Shown here piece after piece: positions 1 to 13,664 of a stretch of DNA of 64,000 nt. A program made the position numbers and the translations under genes. The notes under the pieces were generated by a model, which saw only the letters and a program-made list of their open reading frames with translations, was not told where the DNA came from and searched no databases. Within the stretch, counting starts at the first letter, position 1. Every line of letters starts with the position of its first letter. The DNA lies in assembly GCF_020745735.1 (NCBI RefSeq), contig NC_083401.1:143217740-143281739 (forward strand), given 5' to 3'. Origin of the DNA: Hemiscyllium ocellatum (Eukaryota).

Positions 1-1276
1 GGTCAGAGTCAGCATGGATTTATGAAGGGGAAATCATGCTTGACTAATCTTCTGGAATTCTTTGAGGATGTAACTCCAAAGATGGACGAGGGAGATCCAG
101 TAGATGTAGTGTACCTGGACTTTCAGAAAGCTTTGATAAAGTCCCACATAAAAGGTTAGTGAGCAAAATTAGGGTTCATGGTATTGGGGGCAAAGTACTG
201 ACCTGGATTGAAAGTTGATTGGCTGAAAGGAAACAAAGAGTAGTGATAAATGGCTCCATTTCAGAATGGCAGGCAATGACAAGTGGGGTACCGCAGGGAT
301 CAGTGCTGGGACTGCAACTTTTTACACTATATGTTAATGATATAGAAGATGGTATTAATAATAACATTAGCAAATTTACTGATGATACTAAGCTGGGTGG
401 CAGGGTGAAATGGGATGAGGATATTAGGAGATTACAGGGTGACCTGGACAAGTTAGGTGAGTGGTCAGATGCATGGCAGATGCAGTTTAATGTGGATAAA
501 TGTATGGTTATCCACTTTGGTGGCAAGAACAGGAATGCAGATTACGACCTAAATGGAATCAATTTAGGTAAAGGGGCAGTACGGAGAGATCTGGGTGTTC
601 TTGTACATCAGTCAATGAAGGTAAGCATGCAGGTGCAGCAGGTAGTGAAGAAGGCTAATAGCATGCTGGCCTTCATAACAAGAGGGATTGAGTATAGAAG
701 CAAAGAGGTTCTTCTGCAGCTGTACAGGGCCCTGGTGAGACCACACCTGGAGTACTGTGTGCAGTTCTGGTCTCCAAATTTGAGGAAAGACATTCTGGCT
801 ATTGAGGGAGTGCAGCGTAGGTTCACGAGGTCAATTCCTGAAATGGCGGGATTACCTTACACTGAAAGACTGGAGCGACTGGGCTTGTGTACCCTTGAGT
901 TTAGAAGACTGAGAGGGGATGTGATTGAGACACATAAGATTATTAAAGGATTGGACACTCTGGAGGCAGGAAACATGTTTCCACTGATGGGTGAGTGCCG
1001 AACAGGGTAGACCATTTAGGACAGAGATGAGGATAAACTTCTTCACCTAGAGAGTGGTGGTTGTGTGGAATGCTCTGCCCCAGAGGGCAGTGGAGGCCCA
1101 GTCTCTGGATTCATTTAAGAAAGAGTTGGATAGAGCTCTCAAGGATTGTGGAATCAAGGGTTATGGAGATAAGGCAGGAACAGGATACTGATTAAGGATG
1201 ATCAGCCATGATAATATTGAATGGTGGTGCAGGCTCGAAGGGCAGAATGGCCTACTCCTGTACCTATTGTCTATTG
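1..1276 (+). mobile_element. CR1-type LINE, RT region to 3' end (degenerate)
   Basis: ORF 219-1010 with [20 protein letters not shown] and LYRALVRPHLEYCVQFWSP. CR1 3' tail GAATGGCCTACTCCTG. Confidence 0.95.
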
Positions 1277-2455
1277 AACTTGATTGAGATTTCTGAGCGG
1301 TAGGTTGATTGATATGGACTTCAGTGAGGCGTTCAACAAGATTACCCAAGGGAGACTGGTTAGCAAGGTTAGATCTTATTGAATACAAGGAGAACTAGCC
1401 ATTTGGATGCAGAACTGGCTCAAAGGTAGAAAACAGAGGGTGGTGGTAAAGGGTTGTTTTACAGATTGGAGGCTTGGGACCAGTGGAGTGCCACAAGGAT
1501 CGGTGCTGCATTACTTTTTGTCATTTATAATTGATTTGGATGTGAACATAGGAGGTATAGTTAATAAGTTTGCAGATGACACCAAAATTGGAGGTGTAGT
1601 GAACAGCGAAGAAGATTACTTTAGATTGCAATAGGATCTTGGTTAGATGGGCCAATGGACTGAGGGTTGGCAGATGGAGTTTAATTTAAATAAATGCAAG
1701 GTGCTGCATTTGGAAAAGCAAATCAGAGCAGGACCTATACACTTAAGGGTAAGGTCCTGGGGAGCTGAACAAAGGCCTTGGAGTGCAGGTTCATAGTTCC
1801 TTGAAAATAGAGTAGCAGGTAGATAGGATAGTGAAGAAGGCGTTTGGTATGCTTTCCTTTACTGGTCAGAGCATTGAGCATAGGAATTGGGAGATCATGT
1901 TATAGCTGTACAGTGATTGGTTAGGCCACTGTTGGAATATTGCGTGCAATGCTGGCCTCCTTCCTATCGGAAAGATGTTGTGAAACTTGAAAGGGTTCAG
2001 AAAAGATTTATAAGGATGTTGCCAGGGTTGGAAGACTTCAGCTATAGAGAGAGACTGAATTGGCTGCAGCTGTTTTCCCTGGAGCATCGGAGGCCGAGGG
2101 GTGACCTTATGGAGGTTTATAAAATCATGAGGGTCAGAGATAGGGTAAATAGACAATCCTGAACTAGAGGGCATAGGTTTAAGGTGAGGGGGAAAGATAT
2201 AAAAAGGACCTCAGGGGCAACTATTTCATGCAGAGGATGATACATGTATGAACTGAGCTGCCAGAGGAAGTGGTGGAAGTTGGGACAATTGCAACATTTA
2301 AAAGGCATCTGGATAGGTATATGAATAGGAATGGTTTGGAAGGATATGGGCCAAGTGCTGACAAATGGGACTAGATTAAGTTGGGATATCTGGCCGGTAT
2401 GGACAAGTTGGACAGAAGGGTCTTTTTCCGTGCTGTACATCTCCATGATTCTGTG
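1277..2455 (+). mobile_element. CR1/HER1-type LINE 3' fragment
   Basis: [18 protein letters not shown] and VRPLLEYCVQ, with frameshifts. Similar to 47700-48870. Confidence 0.93.
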
Positions 2456-2815
2456 GAGAATGTGAGCTATAGGGAGGGGTGGAATAGGCTTGGGCTATTT
2501 TCCTTAGACCATTAGAGGCTGAGGGATGACTTTTTGGAGATTTATAAAATCATGAGGACAATGGATAGGGTGAATAGACAATGTCTTTTCCCTCTTGCAG
2601 GGTAGTCCAAAACTGGAGGGCATTGTTTAAAAGTGAGAAGGGAAAGATTTAAAAGGGACCAAAGGGGTAATGTTTTCACATAGAGGGTGGTGTGTGTATG
2701 GAATGAACTGCCAGAGGGAGTAGTGGAAGCTGGTACAATTACAACATTTAAAAGGCATCTGGATGGTTTCGAGGGATATAGTCCAAATATTGGCCAATGG
2801 GACTACACTCTATGG
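2456..2815 (+). mobile_element. CR1 LINE 3' fragment
   Basis: Diverged repeat of the preceding LINE 3' region (GGCTGAGGG..GAC, ACATTTAAAAGGCATCTGGAT). Confidence 0.85.
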
Positions 2816-3081
2816 CTCACCGTAATAATCTATGTATATAATATATAATTAATAGATCTCCTACCACGACTCAGTGAATCAAACAATATGTTTCTTAATT
2901 TTACAGGGCTGTTGTATTATTTAATGTACAGTATATATTGACCAACTTGACTGAATGCATTATTATTTCTTTATCACAGACATGCTAAAGAAAATTGTCC
3001 TATTTCCACAAATTGTGGAATGTAAAGTCTTGATGGTTGTTTCAGTTTTCAATTTTATCTCAGTGCTTAGAACATCATAGT

Positions 3082-3461
3082 CTGATTAGATTCCCGACAA
3101 TGTGGAAACAGGCCCTTGATGAAGGGCTTATGCTCGAAACGTCGAATTCTCTATTCCTGAGATGCTGCCTAACCTGCTGTGCTTTGACCAGCAACACATT
3201 TGCACCTTTGGCACAAGAAGTCCACACCAACCCTCTGAGGAGTAACCCATCCAGACTCATTTCCACTTGACTAACGCACCTAACACAACAGGCAATTTAG
3301 CATGGCCAATTCACATAACCTGCACATCTTTGGGAACATGGGAAGAAACCAGAGCACCCAGAGGAAACTCATACAGGCACAAGGAGAATGTGCTAACTCC
3401 ACACAGCCAGTCACCCAAGGTGGGACTATGAGGTAGTAGTGCTTATCACTGAGCCACCATA
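3082..3461 (-). mobile_element. HE1-type tRNA-derived SINE, interrupted by a PLE terminal fragment
   Basis: Reverse complement of the SINE at 56005-56318. Split at 3117-3204. Confidence 0.85.
3117..3204 (+). mobile_element. Penelope terminal-repeat fragment (family A) with hammerhead-like core
   Basis: TGATGAAGGGCTTATGCTCGAAACGTCG, matching the 3' end of the PLE at 49861-51330. Confidence 0.8.
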
Positions 3462-4199
3462 GTGTGCAGCAAACTGGTAAATAATATATAACAAGCTGAA
3501 GATCTATCTGGCATTTATTACTCCTGAGGAAAGGTGAAGGTCATGGGGTTTAACAAAAATACTGGGCAGTGTCTGACAGTTTTTTTTGACAGTAAGACCA
3601 TTTCCAGGTCAACACCCTGATCCTCTAAGCTCACCTTCCAGGTGTACTTTGTAGCTGTCAATTGCTTAAGAAGATAACTCTGGACATTTGCAGAGTCAAG
3701 GAGGCTCCGTGGTTCTTTAAAAATGGTGGAAAAGACCCAAATCTGAAAGTCCTGGTCCTATTTACCAGATCTGATTTTAGCTGATAGAGGGTGTTCAAAC
3801 ATTTCATTTTCACCACAACAAGGACCTTTTCCCACAATGTAGTAGTCATGAATAAATGCTCAAGATGGGTAGGAATACTGTATAGAACTTTTATTTAAAC
3901 CTCTGACTCTTTAAAAAAAATTCATGCCTAGGTCAATGAGACTTTTAAAACATTGTGAATTTTTTATCCCCAGCCATTTAAAAGCAACAAAGTAGCCTAA
4001 CTGCCAGTTAGTTGGTAAACATTTGATCTAGCAGTCAGAAAAGCTATTTATTGAGCTCTTATTATATGAGCATTAATCATCAAAGGAAACTTTCACAATT
4101 GACAAGTGTGCAACTGGGGGAGGGACAGGGAACAGGGTGCAAATTTACAAACCAATTGACAGATTAAAGGTATTATTAAAGGATTAGTAGTCATTGAAT

Positions 4200-4515
4200 A
4201 CTGAATGGCCTTCTCAGAGTGGATGTTGGGAAGATGTTTCCATTGGTAGGAGAGACTATGAGCCGAGGGCACAGCTAGTAAACAGAACATTGATAAGGAA
4301 AAACTTCTTCAGCCAGAGAGTGGTGAATCTATGGAATTCGGTGCCACAGAAGGCTGTGGAGGCCAGGTCATTGAGTATATTTAAGGTAGAGATATTGATT
4401 GTCAAGGGGAGCAATGATTAAAGGGAGAATGGAGTTGAGAAACTTATCAGCCATGATTGAATGGTTGAGCAGACTGGATGGACCGAATGGCCTAATTTCT
4501 GCTCCTTTGACGTAT
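4200..4515 (+). mobile_element. CR1 LINE 3' end
   Basis: RKNFFSQRVVNLWNS C-terminus followed by the CR1 tail. Confidence 0.85.
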
Positions 4516-5257
4516 GGATAGCGAAACCAGCTCCATCTTCATCCATCCTTGAGCAAATTTCCTACCATTTCAGGCAGATTCTCCCAAGGTGGCAGCCAGT
4601 ATAAACATTGGGGGATTTCCCAACTTGTGCATCTCCTTGGCGGTAGGAAACCGAGCTTTCCGTTCACAAGGCAAATCGCACACAGTGCAGTCAAAACTCA
4701 CATCATGCAGGGAGACCTAGTTCTCGGGGTTTTCCGTTTCAAAGTCCACAAATGCAAGTAGCCATGGATATGACTGCGACCATACATGGTCGGAAGTATT
4801 TTCTACTAGTTGAAATATATAATGAACTGTTTTCAAATGATGTTGCTGTTCCATTCCCCAAATTTGCTAACCCCCTCCTCAGTCTCATTATAGTATCAAT
4901 AATTACAGGCTGAAAGAATGAGATTCCACAGTTGTTGATTTTCAGTGCTAGAGAAATGGTCAGGGCTTATCACGCCTCAAAATATTTACATATGCATGAA
5001 CGAGAAAATGTTTAACTTCCCACCTTGAACGTGGTTTAATGCTAAGCCTGTCCGTGATGTTATGCCGACCGAGACTCCCGGAAGAGCTGGGTTTTCAGAC
5101 ACCAACTTCCCAACCTGTCTGTCTAATTGCGCATGTGCATTTGCTGGAGGTTATTCTGTTTATTCTTTGAGCACTTACCGCCATTGTTTTCGCTAAATCC
5201 ACGGCCACTATTCTGCCCCCACCCCCAACACCCAACCTCCACCTCCAACCCACTAGG

Positions 5258-5360
5258 GGGCTTTTGTAGTGCAGCGGCAGTGCCTCTACCTTTGAGCCAG
5301 GAGACCTCCGTTCAAGTCCCACCTGCTCTTAAGGTTTATCATCTGAACAGATTGATTGAA
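5258..5360 (+). mobile_element. tRNA-derived SINE head fragment
   Basis: A-box-like TAGTGCAGCGG and B-box-like GTTCAAGTCC. Confidence 0.55.
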
Positions 5361-6155
5361 AATGGCTTTGCTGTATCGCAGTCAAGTGAAAAACGATCAG
5401 AAACTCAATTGCTCTTTCATAAAACTGGTATTGTTTTCAATATGCACCAACAACAGCTGATTGGATGCTATAAGGTTGGAGGTCTGTACTTTTGACATTT
5501 GTTTTTTTTTGCAGTGTACTTCTCCACTCATGACCAGACCACGTAAAGGGCTAGAGAGACACTAGACTCTGAAGATGTGCCTGCACGTTTATCTCTGGTC
5601 GGTCCCTGAAGCAGTCGTGAAAGGTGATATATCTCAGAACATTTTAGATAATGAAGTTAATAGCCAATCTCTTACATAATTTCGCTGGTTGAGTTAGACA
5701 TACGAACAGCAGGTACAAAAGTTAAATATTGACAACACTGGCTTCGACTAGTTGCAGTGAACGGCCTGTTTCTGCGGAAAACAAATGCTTCTCTGTCAAC
5801 CATTATAAAATGTATTATTGTTACAACAGGGCTCGTTAATTGTAGCCTGGGTGGGCAGATGTTTCCATTCCAGACTGAATTTTCGGAGCCAATGTACATT
5901 ACAATTTAGTTGATGTCCGTCTATATAAATGAATGAATGACTTCCTTGTCATTCCAATAGGCGTCGCTTTATCTCCTTGCAAAACTGTAAAATGTGATCG
6001 CTCTTTGCTGGACTTTAGGTCGGAACGTTAGTGCAGTGCGGGATAAAAAAAACTTTACTGAAAATGTTCACATCCAAATTATGTCACTGCCCACATCAAA
6101 AAAGAAATGTGAAATGCAATATCTCTCCGCATCATCCCTACCAGAAATTCGCTTG

Positions 6156-6253
6156 GAAAGCTAGTGCTTCCAATTAAACCTGTTGGACTATAACCTGCTG
6201 TTGTGTGATTTTTAACTTTGTCCACCCTAGTCCAACACCGGCACCTCCAAATT
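6156..6253 (+). mobile_element. Penelope-like terminal fragment (family B)
   Basis: GAAAGCTAGTGCTTCCAA.TAAACCT.TTGGACTATAACCTG, near-identical to 21011-21070. Confidence 0.75.
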
Positions 6254-9200
6254 GTGAAATTCCAGACTAAGTCTGAGAACTGTTAAAACGTTTACCCGGT
6301 CTTTCAAGTGCCACCTTAAATCCCTGTTAAAATATAATTTCACGCCACAGGAAATAGAAAATTCACCAATATCATGTTTACCCATGGGTTTAGACAGTTC
6401 CCAGTTAACACTAAATTAGGACATCCCAATGTTTTGTATTAAAAGAAATTGCTCGAATCGCTCAGATTTTCTAACTCAGACATCAGCTAGTTGTGGTTCG
6501 CCCTAAAATGTCAATCAACAATCGATTAGATCCTCGCGGCAACTAAAAAAAATTACATCCTCATTCAAGTGTTTTTATCCGCTGTTTTTTTTCAGATGCT
6601 AAGCCCACCTCACATATGCGCCCCTACTCTCTGCAGACTGCCCGTCTACACACTTGTAGTAAATATGAAAGATTCTAATCATATGACACATCACGTCCCA
6701 AGCTGAGCTGGGAATAAAGCCGGTAGATTTGGGATCATTGGCTCCAGACAACAGCTTCATCAGCCGGAAAGAAGTTTGCTGCCTTCCTTCAGCTTCTCAA
6801 TCCCCCCTTTGTTTGCGAAACACGGCCAGCTCGAGTCACCCTGGCCATATGGTTCATTTGAGGGTCTCGTCCAAAAAATGCTGCAAACAAGATTCATTAC
6901 AGTTGAATAAAATACAGATATTTGTGTCGCACGATTTCAACAAAGACAAAGGCAGAGACGAAGCGCTGCATAAAACCGCACTGTCTTACTTCAAGCCACA
7001 TTAGTCAATGTGAGCTACTTTCATATTTTTAAACTGCCAGCACATTATTATTCATAAAACAAACACTCGGGCACTATAACTCAGGAACAGCCCCCTTTTG
7101 TGGAAGACACCTTGCAGGGTAGAACACTAAGTGGTAGTTTTCAGGAAGCTCAGATTTAAAGCTTAGCCGTGCAAAACATTGAGTTTGGTGGCTGTTACCT
7201 CCTGTTTTCAGCAGCTGACTGGCAAGCTCTCATGCTCATACGCTCATCAAAAGGCTTTCAGTAAATCATTAAATTCTACTGAGGTGGCCAAGCTAGGAGG
7301 CTTTCACGAAGTAAAAAAAACAGAAAAGGAAAAGGAAGAAAAACAGAAGCCCTTGAAGTAGAAGATGCCCAAGAAAAACTCTTCAATGACATCAAACGAA
7401 CGGGTTTCCATAGCTGTTGAAGCACGAGAGCTGTGTCTATGGACAAAGATAGAGGGGGGCACTCGCACTGTCCACTCCTCTATACCAACACAATTGGGTC
7501 ACAGAAATAAGGAATTAATTACCATCCAAGAGTAAGGGTCCTATTCAACCCTGGCTGAGTTTTATTAAACGCCAATATAAATAACAAAACAACTCTTGTG
7601 GCTGCAGTATTTCTACACGGCAAAGGAAGGATTACGTTCAGGATTAACATCTTAAAGTCTATGAGACTTTCTGACTCAAGACTCTCTGCTAGTAATCGTA
7701 TTTGTTTCCCGGCTCAGCGATTAGTGGTTCCGTCATTCACTTTCACATCACTTGGTGCAGGGAATCTCAGTTTTTAAAAAACTGTCACGACTAAAATCGA
7801 ACCCTTTCTCGTTCTCAAATGTGGATGAACAGAATATCAACAAGAAACGGCACAAGACGGGTCTGCGCCAGGTCTTGTTTTGTCCCAGTTTGTAGGCGGG
7901 ACTGGAGTAAGATCAAACATGACTCGTTTCTTTGATGCCTTGTGTTTCTTCGGCTCGGTGTAATTCAATTCTTATTAAGCATCTTTCAAAAAGGCATGAT
8001 TTGACTCCAACACCTGTCTTGCAAAACTGGAAGAATACAAATGCAGGCAAACTCCGGAATAGCTAAATGGCTGCAAGTGCATGAAATGTTAGGAGAAGAA
8101 TTAATTTCTGCCCAAAGAAAAAAGTTATGGAAAAGTTCACTGTGAATGAAATAAACCCATTAATCTTGTTTCTCAACCCCCCAACACTTGAGATGTGTAA
8201 ATGACTGATCAAAATGAGTGATTTCATATATAGATATGGCAGCTTTAACACTTGCAATTGATGTGTTCGTTAAGAGTCAAACCAGATAAAGAGATGCGCT
8301 TCGTGATCATATTATTCCAGGATTAGTTTCTCCACGAGCCTGTTCCATCCCGCAGCGACAACCCCTCCCCACCCCCCAATAAAATCTCCATGGTACTCCT
8401 GCATCGTAAAAAGCGAAATGTCACTAAACTTGAGAAGATAAACACCTCTGTAGCTGGCGTTGCGATAAATCGCGGCTAACAAAGGAAAGTGGCAGCACAT
8501 TTTGAAGTTAAAAGACTTGAAGGAATGCTCTCCCCTGAATGGACTCACCCCAACTACCTGCAGAAAAGTGCCCCGGATGAATGCAGCTACCCTGATCATG
8601 TCTATACTTACTCCTAAATCACTTTGTACAAAACGGCCGAAAGACAGTCCACATTCTGGATTACAAAATATTTGACATTAACTATTCAGTCCCCCTTTCT
8701 GTTTTGCACGAGAAGCGAATCACTATTTTTCAGCCCGAGTTGAAGATAAGTCTTTAGCTCTGTGTTTACAGTTTGGTCTTATCTTTACACCTATTCATTA
8801 ATGCATGGTCACAACTTGTGGAGTCCGGGCGTAAGCCCTCTTCCCTGATCCCACGTTTCATAGCAACATCTTCCTCCACAGTTTAAGGGCTTTTCATGTC
8901 ACCTTAGGGTTCAAGCTACTTAAAGAACAAAGAATTTCCGTAACTCTGCGTTTCTTAAGAGGACACACAACTTTTTTGATGAGCTCAGACGTTGTTTTTT
9001 TTTAACCATTAAACTTTCCATTTAATGTTTATCTGTGTGCTGTCTGCTGCAATGATTGGACATTTAAAAGCTCGAGAGGAACGATTTGTTCCTTTTAGGA
9101 CAGTTTATGCAGTGGACATCAGTTGCACTCCCTAACCCACCCCACCCCCTGTTGTCGTGCGAGCTTCCTTTTGTGAAATCGTTGAACTCGGATGACTTTT

Positions 9201-10719
9201 ACCTTATTTTATAAGGGAATAGTGGAACACAAATCGTTATCTCTTTTCCCACCGTTTATTAAAACCAGGTAGCAGTTCGTTTTAAACATACGCACCGTAA
9301 CTCAAGTAAACCCCTTGTGTCAGTAATTGCCACAAACTAACCAACTTCAAATGATAGTAGTCCCCCTCAAATAGGCGCATAACATCTTAAAGGTGTAAAT
9401 TCCTTTTAATTTTCAAGCATGTTTCCTGATATTTTTTTCCTCCGTGCTAGTTATAACGTTTTCATAAATTGAATATACAAAGGTTTGGTCGAGAATATGA
9501 TTTATTTTCTGCTGCATAACAGGACTCTGCAATGAGATGGCATGGGTGCGACCTTCTATAACGTTTCATTTGATTGTCGTTGCTAATTGAAAATCATTCG
9601 AATGGACTCATGTAGCATTAAGATAAGAGCTATTATATTAAAGCTGATCTAAATATAATGTTCAAAAGTTCACTAATGCCACCTAGAACCAATTTTCCCT
9701 TTGAAAATTATTATCCATTTTCTGATATCGGCAGTGCTGTCAATAAGAGTCTGAGCTGTCCTAAGTAGTTTTCTAGTTCATAAGGTAGTGTTGCTCTTAC
9801 AATGGAGTTGTCAGATTATGACCCAGGAGATGAAGGAATTGATAATTGATGGCCAAGATAATATGGTGTTTAACTTAGAAGGACACTTGGAACTGCTAAT
9901 ATAGTTCTTCCAGGTAGCAGAGATAGCATGTTCAGGAGACGACACTGTTGATCTTTGATTCCTTCATGTTCATGCAAATTTGTGAATATTTTCTGCCTAA
10001 AAGATATTTTATTTAATGATGTAAAATATTTTTGATAAAATAAATTATGCCTGGTGAAAATGTAGAAAATGCAACAATTGATTTTTTTCTGAAATATTTG
10101 GAAGAGTGGAATATTTGGCTTCCGTGCTGCAAGATCATATGCACTTTGGTTAAAAATTATTAACACTGTCCTCCAGTTTCGTATTAAATCTTGCAATCTA
10201 AACATTTCAATAATTTAGTATGTAAGACAGCAGTGATTGAAATAAATGTCAACTGGTAATTAACGGTTCAGTGATAAACTAATATTTCAGATCGAATAAA
10301 TTTTAAAATCAAAATTGTGCTAGTCATCCTTTTGTACTTTAACTTAAAATGTAGATGTATTTATATATGTGATAATTAGACATCCTTAATAGTATCTGTA
10401 GTGGTATGCAGGGAAATTGTAAACCTGGTTATGTTCTTCATTAGTCCACAGAATGTAGAATTCTTCTATTGATATAGAAATTATAGTGTGGAAACAGTTG
10501 GCCATTATCATTTTACATTGGTGTTTATTCTTCATCTATACAGTGGCTCTAATCCACATGTGTGCTTTATTCACATTTCACTTTTAATCTCCTATCCACA
10601 ATCACCAGAGTAATCCATTCTTCAATGTTGACAGGGTTTCTGTTTTGATTATTACCTAACATTCTACAACCTTACAACTCCTTTGTGTACTAAAATATCT
10701 TACCTCAATTCACCACAAA

Positions 10720-10908
10720 TCAATCATTGGCACCCCCCCCACCATTTGTCTGTCCACCCTGGAGGCGTCCTGCCTCTATTCCTGATGAAGTGCTTTTGCC
10801 TGAAATGTCGATTTTCCTGCTCCTCAGATGTTGCCTGACCTGTTGTGCTTTTCCAGCACCACTCTGATTTAAACTTTGGTTTCCAGCATCTGCAGTCCTC
10901 ACTCTTGT
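10720..10908 (+). mobile_element. Penelope terminal repeat (family A)
   Basis: CTGATGA at 10782, then the family-A body ending CCAGCATCTGCAGTCCTCACT. Confidence 0.8.
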
Positions 10909-10914
10909 CTAAAA

Positions 10915-12300
10915 TCTGAGTTAGTCAACCTCTCTTCATAAGACAAGCCCTTCAGTCCAGGCAGCATACTGGTAAACTTTCTTTGGGCCCTCTTCAAAGC
11001 CTCTGTATCTTTCCCATAATAGAGCAACCAGAACTGGACACACTATTCCAAGTATGGCCTCACCAGGGTCTTGTAGAGCTGCAGCAAAACCTCGTGGCTC
11101 TTAAATTCGATATCCCTGTTGATAAAAGCCAAAACACCATATGCTTTCTTAACAATCCTATCCACTTGAGTGGCAACTTTGAGGGATCTATGCACTTGAA
11201 CACCAAGATCCCTCGGTTCCTCCACACTGCCATGAATCCTGTCTTTAATTCTATATTCAGTATTCAAGTTCAACCTTCCAAAATGCGTCACTTCACATTT
11301 ATCCAGGTTGAGATCCATCTGCCATTTCTCAGCCCAGCTCTGCATCCTGTCTATGTCTTGCTGCAGCCTGCAATAACCCTCGATATTATCAATGGCACCT
11401 CCAACCTTTGTGTCATCTGCAAATTTACTAATCCACCCCTCAACCTCCTCATCCAAGTCAGTTACAAAAACTGCAAAGAGCAGAAGCCCAAGAACAGAGC
11501 CCTGTGGGACACCACTCACCAACTGTCCTCCAGGCAGAATACTTTTCATCTACAACTACTCTCTGCCTTCTGTCAGCAAACCAATTCTGAATCCAGACAG
11601 CCAAATCTCCCTGTATTCCATACCTCCTGACTTTATGAATGAGCCTATCATGGGGAACCTTATCAAATGCCTTACTGAAGTCCACATACACCATGTCTAC
11701 TGCTCAACTGTCTTCGACCTGTCTTGTCACCTCCTCAAAGAACTCAATAAGATTTGTGAGTCATGACCTGCCTCTTACAAAGCCATGCTGACTGCTTTTA
11801 ATCACGCTATGCTTTTCCAAATAGTCATAAATCCTATCCCTCAGAATTCTTTCCAAAACCTTGCTGACAACAGACATAAGATTGACTGGTTTGTAATTGC
11901 CAGGGATTTCCCTACTACCCTTCTTGAAAAGAGGAACATCATACACCTCCCTCCAATCCTCCAGTATAACTCCCAGAGAGAGTGAGGAAGCAAAGATCTT
12001 CACCAGCAGCTTAGCAACCTCCTTTCTCGCTTCCTGTAGCAACTGAGGATAAATCTGGTCTGGCGCTGGGGATTTATCAATCTTAATGTTTGCCAAAATT
12101 TCCAGCACATCAACTTCATCAACCTTGATCTGTTCAAGCCTGTTTCCAGCTCCTCCAAGTTCTCATTCACAACAAAGTCCCTTTCCTTAGTGAAAACCAA
12201 AGCAAAAAACTCATTTCGGGCTTCCCCTACCTACCCAGTCTCCACACACAAGTTCCCTACATTATTCCTGATCAGCCCTACCTTCTCCCTGATCCTCTTA
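10915..12300 (-). mobile_element. CR1 LINE ORF2 (RT) fragment
   Basis: Minus-strand ORFs with [32 protein letters not shown] and KFADDTKVGG. Confidence 0.93.
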
Positions 12301-12304
12301 TTCC

Positions 12305-13125
12305 CCAGTTGATTTTCTGTTCAATGGTAACTCCCAGGGTATTGATAATAGGCATTCAGTGATGGAAATTCCATTGAATGCTGAAGGGCAATGATTCGAT
12401 TCTCTGATATGGAGATGTCATAGCATGCCATATATGTGGTGCAGCTGTTACTTGTCAGCCCAAGCTTAAACATTATCCAGGTTGTGCTGCATTTGGACAT
12501 GGACTGTTTCAGTATCTGAGGTGTTGTACAAGGTGCTGAAAATTACACAATCATTAGCCAACATTCCCACTTCTGACCTTATGCAGGAGGGAGTGTCATG
12601 GATGAAGCAACTGAAGATGAATGGGCCGACGACATTACCCTGAGAAACTCCTGCAGAGACGTCCTAAAGGTGGCTGGCTGACAATTGTAAGCATTTTCCT
12701 TTGTGCTCGACATGACGCTAACCAAAAGAAAGTTTTCAACCTAATTTTCACTGACTCAACGTTTGCTAGGACTCCTAGATATAATGTTCAGTCAAATGCA
12801 ACCATAGTATCTAGGGCAGTCACTCTTACCTCACCTTTAGAGTTCACCTCATTTGTCCATGCTTGAATGAAAGTTGTAATGTGTTCAGGAGCCGAGTGAC
12901 CCTAACAGAACATAACTAAGTGTCATTAAACAAGTTATTGCTAAGCATGTGCGGTTTGAAAACTTTACTGACTGTCCATTCCATCATTTTACTGATGACT
13001 GAAATTAAACTGATGGGACAGTAATTGGTCAGGCTGCAGTTGTCTCAGTTCCTTTTGAGTGCTGGATATATCTGAGTAATTTTGCTCATTGCCGGGATGT
13101 AGATATCCCACAAACAACTCGGTTG
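12305..13125 (-). mobile_element. Degenerate non-LTR retrotransposon fragment, clade uncertain
   Basis: Similar to 63436-63760 (ATGCCATTGAAT..TTACTTG..TCAGCCCAAG). RT-like when read on the minus strand. Confidence 0.55.
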
Positions 13126-13341
13126 AGGGTGCACCCACAGAAATACATGTTTTCCAGTCAAACACATCTGCAGCCAGCTGCACACGCTGGAGCTCCAATT
13201 TCAGAATTTGAGCAGCACCTGGAGAGTGTTATACATCCGTGATGGAGAGATGCAAGCTGGCTGGAGGGAGCAGGGAACTAGTAGGCAACCAGGGAGAATC
13301 AGCCAGGTAATTCAGGAGCTCCTGCGTCTAAAAAGAAAATT

Positions 13342-13460
13342 AACACAGATCCTGGAGATCCAAAACCAAATCAGAAATTGGTGGAGAAACCTCTGGCAGC
13401 ATCAGTGGAAAGACAGTAGAGTTAATATTTTGATTCTTGGTAACTCTTCATCAGAACTAT
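13342..13460 (-). mobile_element. Penelope-like terminal repeat, older subfamily
   Basis: CAGAT.CTGGAGATC...GGCAGCATC...TTCATCAG, i.e. reverse CTGATGAA. Confidence 0.55.
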
Positions 13461-13664
13461 CCTATTTGCTAATCAGTATTCCATTTTGGAAATCGGTTTG
13501 ATGATAGCTCCTATAGAGGTACACCTGGGGCCAGTACCATTGGAAGACAAAGAAAGATAGTCCTGCAAGCAGACTTTAGGGGCTTCATTGGGTATCTTGG
13601 AACAATCATAAAATGAATGTTTAGAAGATAAAACACAAAAGAGGCAAACATATTGCTGGGTGAT

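Noticed and set aside
9659-9672. DR2 RARE-like TGTTCA-aa-AGTTCA
   Set aside because: The first half-site is imperfect and such a match is expected by chance.
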